DNA from: Treponemataceae bacterium
Lineage (GTDB): Bacteria > Spirochaetota > Spirochaetia > Treponematales > Rectinemataceae
Reading direction: 5' to 3'
Assembly (NCBI GenBank): GCA_963678065.2
Contig: CAXXVZ010000003.1
Coordinates: 2,080,001 to 2,144,000, forward strand
DNA length: 64,000 bases
A program made the position numbers and the translations under genes. Below the pieces are notes generated by a model. It saw only the letters and a list, made by a program, of their open reading frames with translations, had not been told where the DNA came from and made no database searches. Of the stretch, positions 1 to 8,877 are shown piece by piece (within the stretch, counting starts at the first letter, position 1; each line of letters starts with the position of its first letter).

Positions 1-1225
1 AGCCCCTATTAGTATTTTTTTTCATTTTCAGTATTCTTCGCATCATTTCGGTAATTTTTCTTATCGGAAGGGTTATTCGATATGCTTTTCGATTAAGTAA
101 TTGACTTAATTCTTGGTTTAACCGAGCAATTTCATTACTAAAATATGTCTGGTTGCTTTCAATACTACTACAAAGTTGCTTAACAGTGCCTATTCGAGAG
201 GCTACTGAATCCTTATTACTTTGAAGATTATTAAAAATATCTTTAAGAACTTCAGCAAACTGCCTTGAAGACTCTGTCCAATCAATCCAATTCTGTGCTG
301 TCACAGATGCACCATTCTTTAGCTTTTGTAGAAGAGATGGGTCTTCTTTGAGCTTATTTATATAATCAATTACTAGTTTCTCATTATCAGTGGGAACAAC
401 GAGGCTATTATAGCCGTGAACAATATATTCATCATATCCACTTACATCATATACAATTGCGGTTCCACCACAATGAAACATTTCAAGTGGAGGTCCGAAC
501 ATACCTTCAATATAACTGAGTTTCACAATCAAATCACAGGATCGATAAATTGCTCCTACAGTATTTATCGGAACACGACAAAAGACTCTATCGATATTTA
601 GTTCCTCTTCAATCTCAGTCCGTGTCAGCAGCCATATTTCGTCTGCATTCGATTTTTTACATAATTCTATAGTTTTTTTTACATTCTTAAAATCCAGATC
701 CAGAGGTCCTTCAACAAGAATACGGAGTCGACCTTCTTCTCTTTTTTTTACACAGTGGCCCTTCTCAAGAAACAGGCTTTTATCTATACCATTCCTAACT
801 AAAAAAGCATCAACGGCATATTTATCATATATGTATTTTTTGATCCATGAAGCTTCAGTTATTACATGATATCCCAACATATATGTAGCTTCTGCGAGAT
901 ATTTTTGTTGCTCCCCAGGATAGAATCTCGATTCGACAGATTGATTAAAATATACATAATGTCTAGCATTGATCATATCATGTTGGTAGCAAGTTACCCA
1001 AAATGTGGTTACCAGAATATCAAATTCAATTTCGCTACAATTATCCGCTGCAATCCATTTCATTGTCTTTGCTATGTGGTGCCATGATACATCGTGATGT
1101 TTTTTCCCCCCTGGAACGATCATGAATACATCGTTTCTAGTTTTCGCTAGATACCCAGCATGTTCCAATATAACATTCACACCACCACTTATTTCCGTAC
1201 CTGCAAGTAAAAAACCTATTTTCAT
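1..1225 (-). CDS. GT4 glycosyltransferase, WsaF-like; runs off the window edge
   Basis: Not in the ORF track. Manual translation from ATG 1225 gives MKIGFLLAGTEISGGVNVILEHA...VTTFWVT...YFNQSVESRFYP and, further on, EGMFGPPLE (GT-B fold motifs). Frame checked open in the segments translated. Confidence 0.8.
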   Translation of the reverse strand, partial: MKIGFLLAGTEISGGVNVILEHAGYLAKTRNDVFMIVPGGKKHHDVSWHHIAKTMKWIAADNCSEIEFDILVTTFWVTCYQHDMINARHYVYFNQSVESRFYPGEQQKYLAEATYMLGYHVITEASWIKKYIYDKYAVDAFLVRNGIDKSLFLEKGHCVKKREEGRLRILVEGPLDLDFKNVKKTIELCKKSNADEIWLLTRTEIEEELNIDRVFCRVPINTVGAIYRSCDLIVKLSYIEGMFGPPLEMFHCGGTAIVYDVSGYDEYIVHGYNSLVVPTDNEKLVIDYINKLKEDPSLLQKLKNGASVTAQNWIDWTESSRQFAEVLKDIFNNLQSNKDSVASRIGTVKQLCSSIESNQTYFSNEIARLNQELSQLLNRKAYRITLPIRKITEMMRRILKMKKNTNRG

Positions 1226-1240
1226 ATTACTTTTCTTCCT

Positions 1241-3205
1241 TTACCGTTTTGTCAAAATACGCATTACATTATTCAATGAATAAGGGTTTTCTTTATAGTA
1301 TGTTTGAATATATCTTTTTTGCCCTTCCACGGGAAATTTTCCATCCATCCATGAACCATCAAAATGATGGATTGTTTTACATTTTTTGTTTTTGATATCA
1401 ATTGTCAAAATATCCGGGGATAAAACACAAACATCCTTGACATATTGTTTTTTCCCACTAAACTGTAGCCCATATTTTTTTAATATATTCGTCAGCACAA
1501 CAACGTTAGTTACTTGATCCATTGAGCCATCTTCAAATATAAACTTTCTTTCCTCATATGTCTTCAACCATTCATAAAAAAGCCAGAATCGAGGGACACA
1601 CCCCATTACAGCCGTTTGGACGTGGCGCTTGCTTTCGAAACCCAAAAAACATTTTTCCTGAAGTAAATCATCAATACTTTTTTTTGCTTCTACATCAACA
1701 TCAAAATATACCCCACCATATTCATACAGCGCTTTTATCCGAAAATAGTCGGAAACAAAGGCCCATTTCTGTTTCTCATATGCTTCAGAGACATATCTAT
1801 TTTCTTTAATATTACAATTAGTCTCATTCCACTCAACAATTCTGTAATCAGGCATATATTGTTGCCAGGTCGCAATACAGCGATATGCCAGTTCTGATTT
1901 TTCCGTCCCTCCGAACCAACAGATATGGATGATTTTTGGTATTTCAATTTCTCCTTGTAATTTTTTGATATCTGCCTGTAAAAACTGTAAGGACTGTAAA
2001 TAATTTTTTTTATGAAATGTAATAAAATAGCGCGCATCTGTCTTTTTTGCAGATTTATTACAACTATGTGTAATTTTTGCATCATTACAGTAATAAGATA
2101 AACCACCAGATAGCTTGATTTTATGATAAAGCAGATCTTCTTCTAAATATAAAAAAGTCCGATCGTCAAACGCAAAATCATTCCTCTTGACAAAGAGAGG
2201 AGAGAACACTAAAGCAGCACCATGAAGAATTAAATCCCCCCAAATATCATGATCAGGAGCAAGGGGAAAGCCATGCACTATATCGGTATCCATTAATTCT
2301 TTCTTTTTTGACATAAATGTGTACCAGGCTAGTGTCTGAGAAAAACGATTCTCCCAATCAGACAGATTCATCTCTCCGACGTGCATAGGATTTTGATGTA
2401 AATAAGTATCCGGCAGAATGATATCTGGCCCACAAACTGAAAAAAACTGTTTTTTATACTTATTTTCAGTTTCTTTTGTAAAATTGCTATCGGTAAAATA
2501 GGTGTCATTATTTATTATCGCTATAAAATCCATCCCCTTATCCTTAGCGAATTTATAGCCCCGATTATTTGCTTTAGCGAATCCAATATTTTTCCCTATT
2601 ATTAGTATTTCAATATTTGGCTTTTTCGAACAGTATTCTGTTATCGAATTTATATGTTCATCTGATGAACCGTTATCTATAACAAAAATGCTACAACCAC
2701 TGTAGTACTTTTGAATTGATTCCAGACACTTTTTTGTTTCATCGCTCGAATTATATTGAAGAACCACAAAAGCCCAATTATAGGTTTTTTTTAATAAATA
2801 CTTATATGCTATATTTAATAAATTTTCCTCGGAAGTGATTTTTTCATTACTAATTTGGGAACATATTACTATACTATCTTCTTCAATCCTAACATTGGTC
2901 CATTTCATTATTTCTTTCAATGAGAACAACAAATCGACACGATATCGCAAAAAAGAATAACGAGCACGATTCACAAGCATGCCAAACAAAACATCAATCT
3001 GATTCCAGATAAATATTTCTTGATTATCATGGTAGTTAGCACTAGAATGCCTTGGCCTTTTCCTTATTTGCTCAAACCTGTCTTTAAAAGAGACATACAA
3101 ATATAATCCAATTTTATAAACCTGTTTATTCTTTTGAAAAAAAGGAAAGCGCCGGCGAAATCCGTCTTCACAATTCAATAATTTATTTTGATCATAATTC
3201 ATCAT
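1241..3205 (-). CDS. Multidomain glycosyltransferase (GT2 plus GT32/DXD domain)
   Basis: GT2 motifs VVLQYN, IDNGS, NIGFAKANNRG, NND, LYLEED; C-terminal IPKIIHICWFG, WAFVSDYFR, GGVYFDVDVE. Confidence 0.85.
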   Translation of the reverse strand: MMNYDQNKLLNCEDGFRRRFPFFQKNKQVYKIGLYLYVSFKDRFEQIRKRPRHSSANYHDNQEIFIWNQIDVLFGMLVNRARYSFLRYRVDLLFSLKEIMKWTNVRIEEDSIVICSQISNEKITSEENLLNIAYKYLLKKTYNWAFVVLQYNSSDETKKCLESIQKYYSGCSIFVIDNGSSDEHINSITEYCSKKPNIEILIIGKNIGFAKANNRGYKFAKDKGMDFIAIINNDTYFTDSNFTKETENKYKKQFFSVCGPDIILPDTYLHQNPMHVGEMNLSDWENRFSQTLAWYTFMSKKKELMDTDIVHGFPLAPDHDIWGDLILHGAALVFSPLFVKRNDFAFDDRTFLYLEEDLLYHKIKLSGGLSYYCNDAKITHSCNKSAKKTDARYFITFHKKNYLQSLQFLQADIKKLQGEIEIPKIIHICWFGGTEKSELAYRCIATWQQYMPDYRIVEWNETNCNIKENRYVSEAYEKQKWAFVSDYFRIKALYEYGGVYFDVDVEAKKSIDDLLQEKCFLGFESKRHVQTAVMGCVPRFWLFYEWLKTYEERKFIFEDGSMDQVTNVVVLTNILKKYGLQFSGKKQYVKDVCVLSPDILTIDIKNKKCKTIHHFDGSWMDGKFPVEGQKRYIQTYYKENPYSLNNVMRILTKR

Positions 3206-3251
3206 TTCTCGTCCTTTGCTATCATGAAAACATTTTCCCTTGTTTAATAGT

Positions 3252-3280
3252 AAACCACCACCTGCAAAGCAGGTGGGTTT
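3252..3280. repeat. GC-rich intergenic inverted repeat (CCACCTGC-AAA-GCAGGTGG)
   Basis: Perfect 8-bp stem at 3258-3276, extended by AAAC/GTTT, in an AT-rich spacer. Confidence 0.7.
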
Positions 3281-3319
3281 CTTACATTACTAAATTATTC
3301 ATATCAACAATAGATTACG

Positions 3320-4423
3320 TCAATGATTCCTTATAGCACGAAAAGGAGAAGTGAGAATTTTTCCAATTCGAAAACTTAAGCTATTTTTAATAGAAATATA
3401 ATTATTATTAATACTGAAAAGTTCTTCATTTTTCAAATCCAACAAATGCTGCAATTCTTGGTTCAATTCACATAGTTCCTTTATCTTACCATTGCTTTTT
3501 TCGTATCCATTTTTTATTATGGATAATTCACCTTGCCGTCCAGCAAGGTCGATTCCCAAATTTTGTGCCTGCAGACTTAGTTCTTCAACCTTGCTCTGCA
3601 AAGTTGATTTCTCTACAAGTATTTCATTTAGCTTTTTATCCCTATCTTCACTTTGTCTCTTCATTTCTAACAAGCTATTATTTACAGCACCTATTACATT
3701 ATCTTTAGAGGACTCTAGGGAAATCTTAGAGCCCAATGCATAAAAATAATTAATCATGCTAGAATGGTCATTTTGGAATCGTTCAAAAAAGGATTCAATT
3801 CGGTTTTCTTTATTTTGACCATAGTAAATACAACCCAAACCATGGCAAAATGGAAATTCAATGCTGGGGTATTTGTTTTTTATCTCTTCCCAAAATTTCC
3901 ATACGCCAAAGTTTCTTTCTCTAACATTTATATCATGAAATATTACAATACTCCGGTCACTTAGCTTTTCAATCCAATTAGTAAAATCATGACAAACAGC
4001 CTCATACGTATGATATCCATCTATATGTAGCAAATCGATGGAATGATTATCAAAGTACTGCTTTGCATCATCAAAGCTACTTTGAATCAGTCTAGAAAAC
4101 CCTCCATACTCTTGGTCATGTTTTTGCCGTAGCACGGAAAGAACTTCATTTCCATAATAGCCTGTTTGAGCATCTCCGCTCCATAGATCAACCGCATAGG
4201 CCTTTGTATCAAGACGACAATTCTTAATTGCTTGACAAAATGAAAGATACGAGCCACCGGAAAATGTACCTAATTCCACCAAGACTTTCGGCTTCAATAA
4301 TTCAATTAGAAACATGCCAAATGGGATATGCTCTATCCAAGCACACATAGGATCAATATTCATTGGACGAGAGTATGCAATTGGATAATCTAGTGGATTA
4401 AAATCACTTTCACACGAATTCAT
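3320..4423 (-). CDS. Class I SAM methyltransferase (Methyltransf_24-like) with C-terminal coiled coil; WbdD-like glycan capping candidate
   Basis: VELGTFSGGS, AVDLWSGD, IDLLHIDGYHTYE, HD motifs; heptad-rich tail ending SLSFRIGKILTSPFR. Confidence 0.8.
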   Translation of the reverse strand: MNSCESDFNPLDYPIAYSRPMNIDPMCAWIEHIPFGMFLIELLKPKVLVELGTFSGGSYLSFCQAIKNCRLDTKAYAVDLWSGDAQTGYYGNEVLSVLRQKHDQEYGGFSRLIQSSFDDAKQYFDNHSIDLLHIDGYHTYEAVCHDFTNWIEKLSDRSIVIFHDINVRERNFGVWKFWEEIKNKYPSIEFPFCHGLGCIYYGQNKENRIESFFERFQNDHSSMINYFYALGSKISLESSKDNVIGAVNNSLLEMKRQSEDRDKKLNEILVEKSTLQSKVEELSLQAQNLGIDLAGRQGELSIIKNGYEKSNGKIKELCELNQELQHLLDLKNEELFSINNNYISIKNSLSFRIGKILTSPFRAIRNH

Positions 4424-4500
4424 TCAATTCTCCTGAACATATCCGGAAGCAGGAAATATTTAATCATTAATAGATCAAAAACGATACAGTGAAACAAATA

Positions 4501-5250
4501 TCAGCATAAGCGATGGCCTCCCATCTCATTGAGAAAAGAAGAACAAACATCCTCCGTACTACCTATCATTCGCGTAGTACCACTTTCAAGCCATAAAACT
4601 TTATCACAAATATCTTTCACAGTAGATAAATTATGAGATACAAAAATGACAGTGGCTCCATTCTCCATCATCGCCTTCATTTTCATTTCGCTTTTTTTTT
4701 GAAACTGTATATCGCCTACAGAAAGAATCTCGTCAACAATTAATACTTCTGGCTCAACCAGAGTTGCTATAGAAAATGCTAAACGAGCAATCATCCCTGA
4801 TGAAAAATTTTTAAGCGGGACGTCAATGAATTGATTCAATTCAGCAAAATCAACAATTTCATCAAATTGATTTTTAAGAAAGGATCTGTCATAACCAAGC
4901 ACTGCTCCATTTAAAAATATATTCTCTCTTGCTGTAAGATCAACATCGAACCCAGCTCCTAATTCAATGAGAGGGGAAATTTTGCCCGATACAGAGACTA
5001 TACCATTGGTAGGACGTATCACCCCAGCAATGATCTTGAGCAAAGTACTTTTCCCTGCACCGTTCAGGCCGATTATTCCTAGAACCTCTCCAGGATTAAC
5101 TTGAAAAGAAATATTTTTCAAAGCCCAGAATTCATCAAAAAGCACTGTCTGTTTAATTCTCTTAATAAGAAATTCTTTCAAATTAGTGATTTTTTCCCTT
5201 CCAAGATAAAATCGCATAGAAACATCATTTATAATTATCATACTATCCAA
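4501..5250 (-). CDS. wzt: Polysaccharide ABC exporter ATPase
   Basis: GLNGAGKST Walker A, FSSGM signature, VDEILSVGD; 249 aa with no C-terminal extension. Confidence 0.92.
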   Translation of the reverse strand: MDSMIIINDVSMRFYLGREKITNLKEFLIKRIKQTVLFDEFWALKNISFQVNPGEVLGIIGLNGAGKSTLLKIIAGVIRPTNGIVSVSGKISPLIELGAGFDVDLTARENIFLNGAVLGYDRSFLKNQFDEIVDFAELNQFIDVPLKNFSSGMIARLAFSIATLVEPEVLIVDEILSVGDIQFQKKSEMKMKAMMENGATVIFVSHNLSTVKDICDKVLWLESGTTRMIGSTEDVCSSFLNEMGGHRLC

Positions 5251-5257
5251 CTTATAT

Positions 5258-6040
5258 TCAAAAATATAATGTAAATCTATTTTGATTCCTTTTAAAAAGG
5301 ATCAATCCCACAATCAAACTTCCCAACCCAAATCCTAAACAAAACAATACTTGCTTCAGGTCTGGAAAATGATGATCTAGTACAATTGCCCTGAAAAATA
5401 AAATGTATTGGTAGATTGGATTGGAAGAGAGAACCCAAGCTATTCTTTTTGGTATTATACTCTCAGGATAAAAAATAGGAGTCAGATACATCCACATCAA
5501 CATGAATATGCCGTGGAAATGGATCAGGTCTCGAAAAAAAACTGTATAGGTGGCAAGGATGAGAGAAAGTCCAAGAACAAACATAAACAAAGTCAAAAAT
5601 AACAGTGGGGCAGCCACTAATGCTACATTTGGAGATATTCCTGTAGTAAGTGAGACAATTATTAATGCAATCAAAGAGAACCCAAAGTTGACAAAAGCAG
5701 ATACTGTTTTGGCAATGGGGAAAACATATTTCGGTATGTATACTTTATTGATTAGACCTGCATTTCCAAATACGGAATATAGGGCACCATTTGTCGCCTC
5801 TTGCATAAAACCGAAAACAAGAGAACCGCATAAATAGTAAACTAAAAAATTTGGAATTTGAAATCGAAACAATTGAGAAAAAACTATGTCAAGAATTAGC
5901 ATCATAAAAAGTGGATTCAATACACTCCATAGAATTCCTAGCACCGAGCGTTTGTATTTATTTTTAATTTCCCTAACCACTAGTTCATTAAGAAGAAAGC
6001 GGTATTTTAGAAAATTATTGAACCAACCTATGATTTTCAC
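5258..6040 (-). CDS. wzm: Polysaccharide ABC exporter permease
   Basis: KYKRSVLGILWSVLNPL, FRD, YLTPIFYP, NP motifs; adjacent to wzt. Confidence 0.92.
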   Translation of the reverse strand: MKIIGWFNNFLKYRFLLNELVVREIKNKYKRSVLGILWSVLNPLFMMLILDIVFSQLFRFQIPNFLVYYLCGSLVFGFMQEATNGALYSVFGNAGLINKVYIPKYVFPIAKTVSAFVNFGFSLIALIIVSLTTGISPNVALVAAPLLFLTLFMFVLGLSLILATYTVFFRDLIHFHGIFMLMWMYLTPIFYPESIIPKRIAWVLSSNPIYQYILFFRAIVLDHHFPDLKQVLFCLGFGLGSLIVGLILFKRNQNRFTLYF

Positions 6041-6079
6041 TATGAATTCCTTATGCCTGATTAAGCGGGGGAACCAGAG

Positions 6080-7162
6080 CTAGACCGATCCGGACACCAC
6101 TTCGGCGAAACTCCGCAGGAATACGGCCTCCGAGAAGCGCTCCGCGTGTCTACGGATGACATCCGGGTCGACCCATGAGGAATCCGCCTCGAAGCCATCG
6201 ATTGCCCTGTTCAGGGCTTCCGGAGTCGCTTCGTCGAAAAAGAGCCCTGTCTTTCTGTCCTCGACCGATTCGAGAACCCCGCCGCGTCTGAAGGCGATGA
6301 CCGGTTTGCCCGAGGCCATCGCTTCCACGGGGACTATACCGAAATCCTCGACGCCAGGGAAGACGAGGGCTTTGCAACCTGCAAGGAGCCTTTCGATGTC
6401 ACTGTCGGAGGCGTGCCCTATAAATTCAATATTGGGCCCCGCCATCGCACGAAGCGGTTCGATCTCGTACCCCGAACCCGCGACTACGAGGCGCCTCCCG
6501 CTTGACGTGAAGGCTCGTACTGCCAGATCAGGACGTTTATAGCGTATAAGCTGCCCAACCCAGAGGTAGTAATCGCCGGCAGAATGGGAAACCGAAAAAC
6601 GTTCTATGCTGACCGGGGGCGGAATTACTACCGAATCGCGCCTCCAGTATTTCCTGATCCGTTGAGCCACAAAAGAAGAGTTGGCTATAATCCTGTCCAC
6701 CCTCGCGGCGCTTGTCACGTCCCAGATCCTGAGATAATTGAACGCAAGTTTCATGATATTTTTTGTTATAAAATCCTTCCCCACAAGGTATCCCGGATAC
6801 ATATCCCACAGATAGCGCATGGGCGAATGGCAGTAGCAGACATGCAGGCAATCGGGATCGGTTATGACACCTTTGGCAGGACCGGACTCGGAAGAGATAA
6901 CAAGGTCGTAGCCGCGCAGATCCAGCTGCTCGAGGGCGAGCGGCATCAGAAAGAGATAGTGTTGATACCATGAGGCCACCTTCGGCAGATGCTGCACGAA
7001 GGTGGTCGTGATCCTGTGGGCCTTGATCGTCTCGGATATTCCGTCGGGAATGTATACATTTGTGTAGATATCGGCATCGGGGTACATCCTGCAAAGGGCT
7101 TCGAGCACTCGTTCCCCGCCACGCATGCCAACGAGCCAGTAGTGGACTATCGCGACTTTCAT
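6080..7162 (-). CDS. GT4 glycosyltransferase (WbaZ-like, possible mannosyltransferase)
   Basis: HYWLVGMRGGERV, YCHSPMRY, EDFGIVPVEAMASG. Confidence 0.9.
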   Translation of the reverse strand: MKVAIVHYWLVGMRGGERVLEALCRMYPDADIYTNVYIPDGISETIKAHRITTTFVQHLPKVASWYQHYLFLMPLALEQLDLRGYDLVISSESGPAKGVITDPDCLHVCYCHSPMRYLWDMYPGYLVGKDFITKNIMKLAFNYLRIWDVTSAARVDRIIANSSFVAQRIRKYWRRDSVVIPPPVSIERFSVSHSAGDYYLWVGQLIRYKRPDLAVRAFTSSGRRLVVAGSGYEIEPLRAMAGPNIEFIGHASDSDIERLLAGCKALVFPGVEDFGIVPVEAMASGKPVIAFRRGGVLESVEDRKTGLFFDEATPEALNRAIDGFEADSSWVDPDVIRRHAERFSEAVFLRSFAEVVSGSV

Positions 7163-7251
7163 GACAGGACAGCAACCCGATGATCGATTTTCATTGTCAA
7201 TCCTTTCGGAAGGATATCAATATTTCACCACATTCCTGACAATAATGCAAT

Positions 7252-7399
7252 AGAAAACCAGAGACTCCCCTTCAGGAGAGTCCCGGAAGCTTTCGCATCA
7301 CGGTTCGGCACACGCAAGGTGCCGGTGAGCATATGAATCCATGAGGTGCCGCCGAAACAGGCTCCCGTCATGGCCGCCACGGGCGCCGGGCGCTTAGTA
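7252..7399 (-). ncRNA. Putative structured leader or sRNA ending in an intrinsic terminator
   Basis: Several stems, a UUCG loop, and a terminator whose G-U pairs are valid only on the minus strand; promoter directly upstream. Confidence 0.5.
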
Positions 7400-7405
7400 G
7401 AAAAT

Positions 7406-7434
7406 AGCATATCATCATTCCAGTCATTCATCAA
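7406..7434 (-). promoter_or_regulatory. Sigma70-type promoter TTGATG-17-TATGCT with extended -10 TG
   Basis: Read directly on the minus strand; points toward the polysaccharide genes. Confidence 0.6.
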
Positions 7435-7521
7435 TATTAACCCGTGAAAATGACAGAGGCCGGAAAAATGGATTGGGTGCGATCCCTCGCCCACACCCGC
7501 CATCTGTGATACAAGGTAAGT

Positions 7522-7746
7522 ATGTCCGAAGAACAACCGAACAATCCTCTGCATGGAATTACACTGGAGGCGATGCTGACGCGCCTCGTCGACCGCTATG
7601 GATGGGAGTATCTCGCGTCGCGGATCAACGTGCGCGCCTTCAAGTATGATCCGAGCATCAAATCGGCCCTCATTTTCCTGCGCAGGACCCCTTGGGCGAG
7701 GGAAAAACTCGAACGGATTTATCTGCGGACGAGGTTTCGTGAATGA
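7522..7746 (+). CDS. VF530/DUF2132 family small DNA-binding protein
   Basis: [10 protein letters not shown]...YGW...[19 protein letters not shown] family signature. Confidence 0.88.
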   Translation: MSEEQPNNPLHGITLEAMLTRLVDRYGWEYLASRINVRAFKYDPSIKSALIFLRRTPWAREKLERIYLRTRFRE

Positions 7747-8864
7747 ACCGGAATGCCTGTGCTTCGGCAGGGAAGGCCCGGGAGCACGGGCGTTCCCGAC
7801 ACTCGATCCGGGGCCGCTCTGTCGGCAGGATGGCAGCGTACGCCGCTGGATTGGTAAGTCTCTGCCTTCTGTCGTCTTGCTATCTCACGACTCAGGGTGC
7901 ACGATATTTGTCCATCGTCGCGACCGCAAAGTCCGCGGAGAAACTTCTCGCCGATCCCGGAACGGACGACGCCACGCGCCGGCTCCTCGAAACCGCCCTC
8001 GACGCGAGGGCCTACGCCATCGGAACCATCGGTCTGCGCACTACGAAGAACTACCGCTCCCTGGCCAAGGTCGATTCGGATCATCTCGTCACGGTCGTCC
8101 AGGCCTGCGCCGAACTGTCCTTCGACCGCTATCTCTGGACGTATCCTTTCGTGGGCAAGCTTCCCTATAAAGGTTTCTTCGACCCGAAAGATGCAGAGGC
8201 CGAGGCAGAACGACTCAAGAAGTTGGGCTACGACGTCATACGGCGACCATCGGACGCTTTCAGCACCCTCGGCTTCTTGGCCGATCCGCTCTTTTCCTTC
8301 ATGAAGTCCTGGGACGAGTATGACATCGTCGAACTGGTGATCCATGAGATGACCCATGCGACTATCTTCCTGCGGGACAGGAAGGCGGGAAATTTTAACG
8401 AAGAACTGGCGACCTTCGTGGGAAGGCAGGGGGCGCTGGACTTCATCGCTTCCCGTCGTGGAAAAGATTCGGGAGAATATGCTTCCGCTCTGGCTGGCAT
8501 CGCGGACGCACAACATTTTTCAGCCTTTCTGCGGGGAACGGCGCAGCGACTGGAGGAGATCTATACCTCGCGGCTGCGCGAGGAGGATAAGCGGGAGGCG
8601 AAGAAGCGCATCATCGGGGAAAGGTCCGTTCTTTTCGGGCACGAATACGCTTCAATCTTTTCTCCGGAGGGCTTCAGTCGCTACCGGGATTATCCCATGG
8701 ACAGAATCAACAACGCCCTCCTCGATCTTTATCGACTCTACGAGGGGGAACCGGAACTTTACAGGGACTACTACGAAAAATCCTGTGGCTCGGATCTCGC
8801 GACTTTCGTCCGGAAGTTGAAAGAGGCAAAGAACCCCGTGCGAGAACTCCGCACGGGGCCATAA
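7743..8864 (+). CDS. Putative zinc aminopeptidase, likely a lipoprotein; start may be further downstream
   Basis: LSSC lipobox-like motif, PYKGFF, AFSTLG, IHEMTH and FNEELATF. Confidence 0.8.
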   Translation: MNRNACASAGKAREHGRSRHSIRGRSVGRMAAYAAGLVSLCLLSSCYLTTQGARYLSIVATAKSAEKLLADPGTDDATRRLLETALDARAYAIGTIGLRTTKNYRSLAKVDSDHLVTVVQACAELSFDRYLWTYPFVGKLPYKGFFDPKDAEAEAERLKKLGYDVIRRPSDAFSTLGFLADPLFSFMKSWDEYDIVELVIHEMTHATIFLRDRKAGNFNEELATFVGRQGALDFIASRRGKDSGEYASALAGIADAQHFSAFLRGTAQRLEEIYTSRLREEDKREAKKRIIGERSVLFGHEYASIFSPEGFSRYRDYPMDRINNALLDLYRLYEGEPELYRDYYEKSCGSDLATFVRKLKEAKNPVRELRTGP

Positions 8865-8877
8865 TGCGGGCCTGCCT

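Larger units (their letters stand above)
1..6060. other. AT-rich surface-polysaccharide gene block, probably horizontally acquired
   Basis: Visibly AT-rich sequence that switches to GC-rich near 6060-6080; contains only glycan synthesis and export genes. Confidence 0.8.

Noticed and set aside
7172..7200. Second promoter at TTGACA (7200-7195) for the GT4 gene
   Set aside because: No credible -10 hexamer at 16-18 nt spacing.
7335..7395. glmS ribozyme (minus strand has AGCGCC...TGACG.G...TCGGCGG)
   Set aside because: The segment between GACG and TCGGCGG is too short, the TTATCGA element is missing, the bases after GGCGG cannot pair with the 5' GCGCC, and no glmS follows. An Rfam scan would settle it.
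7225..7554. 109-aa minus-strand ORF
   Set aside because: No recognisable motif; it overlaps the VF530 gene and is better explained by a promoter plus structured RNA.
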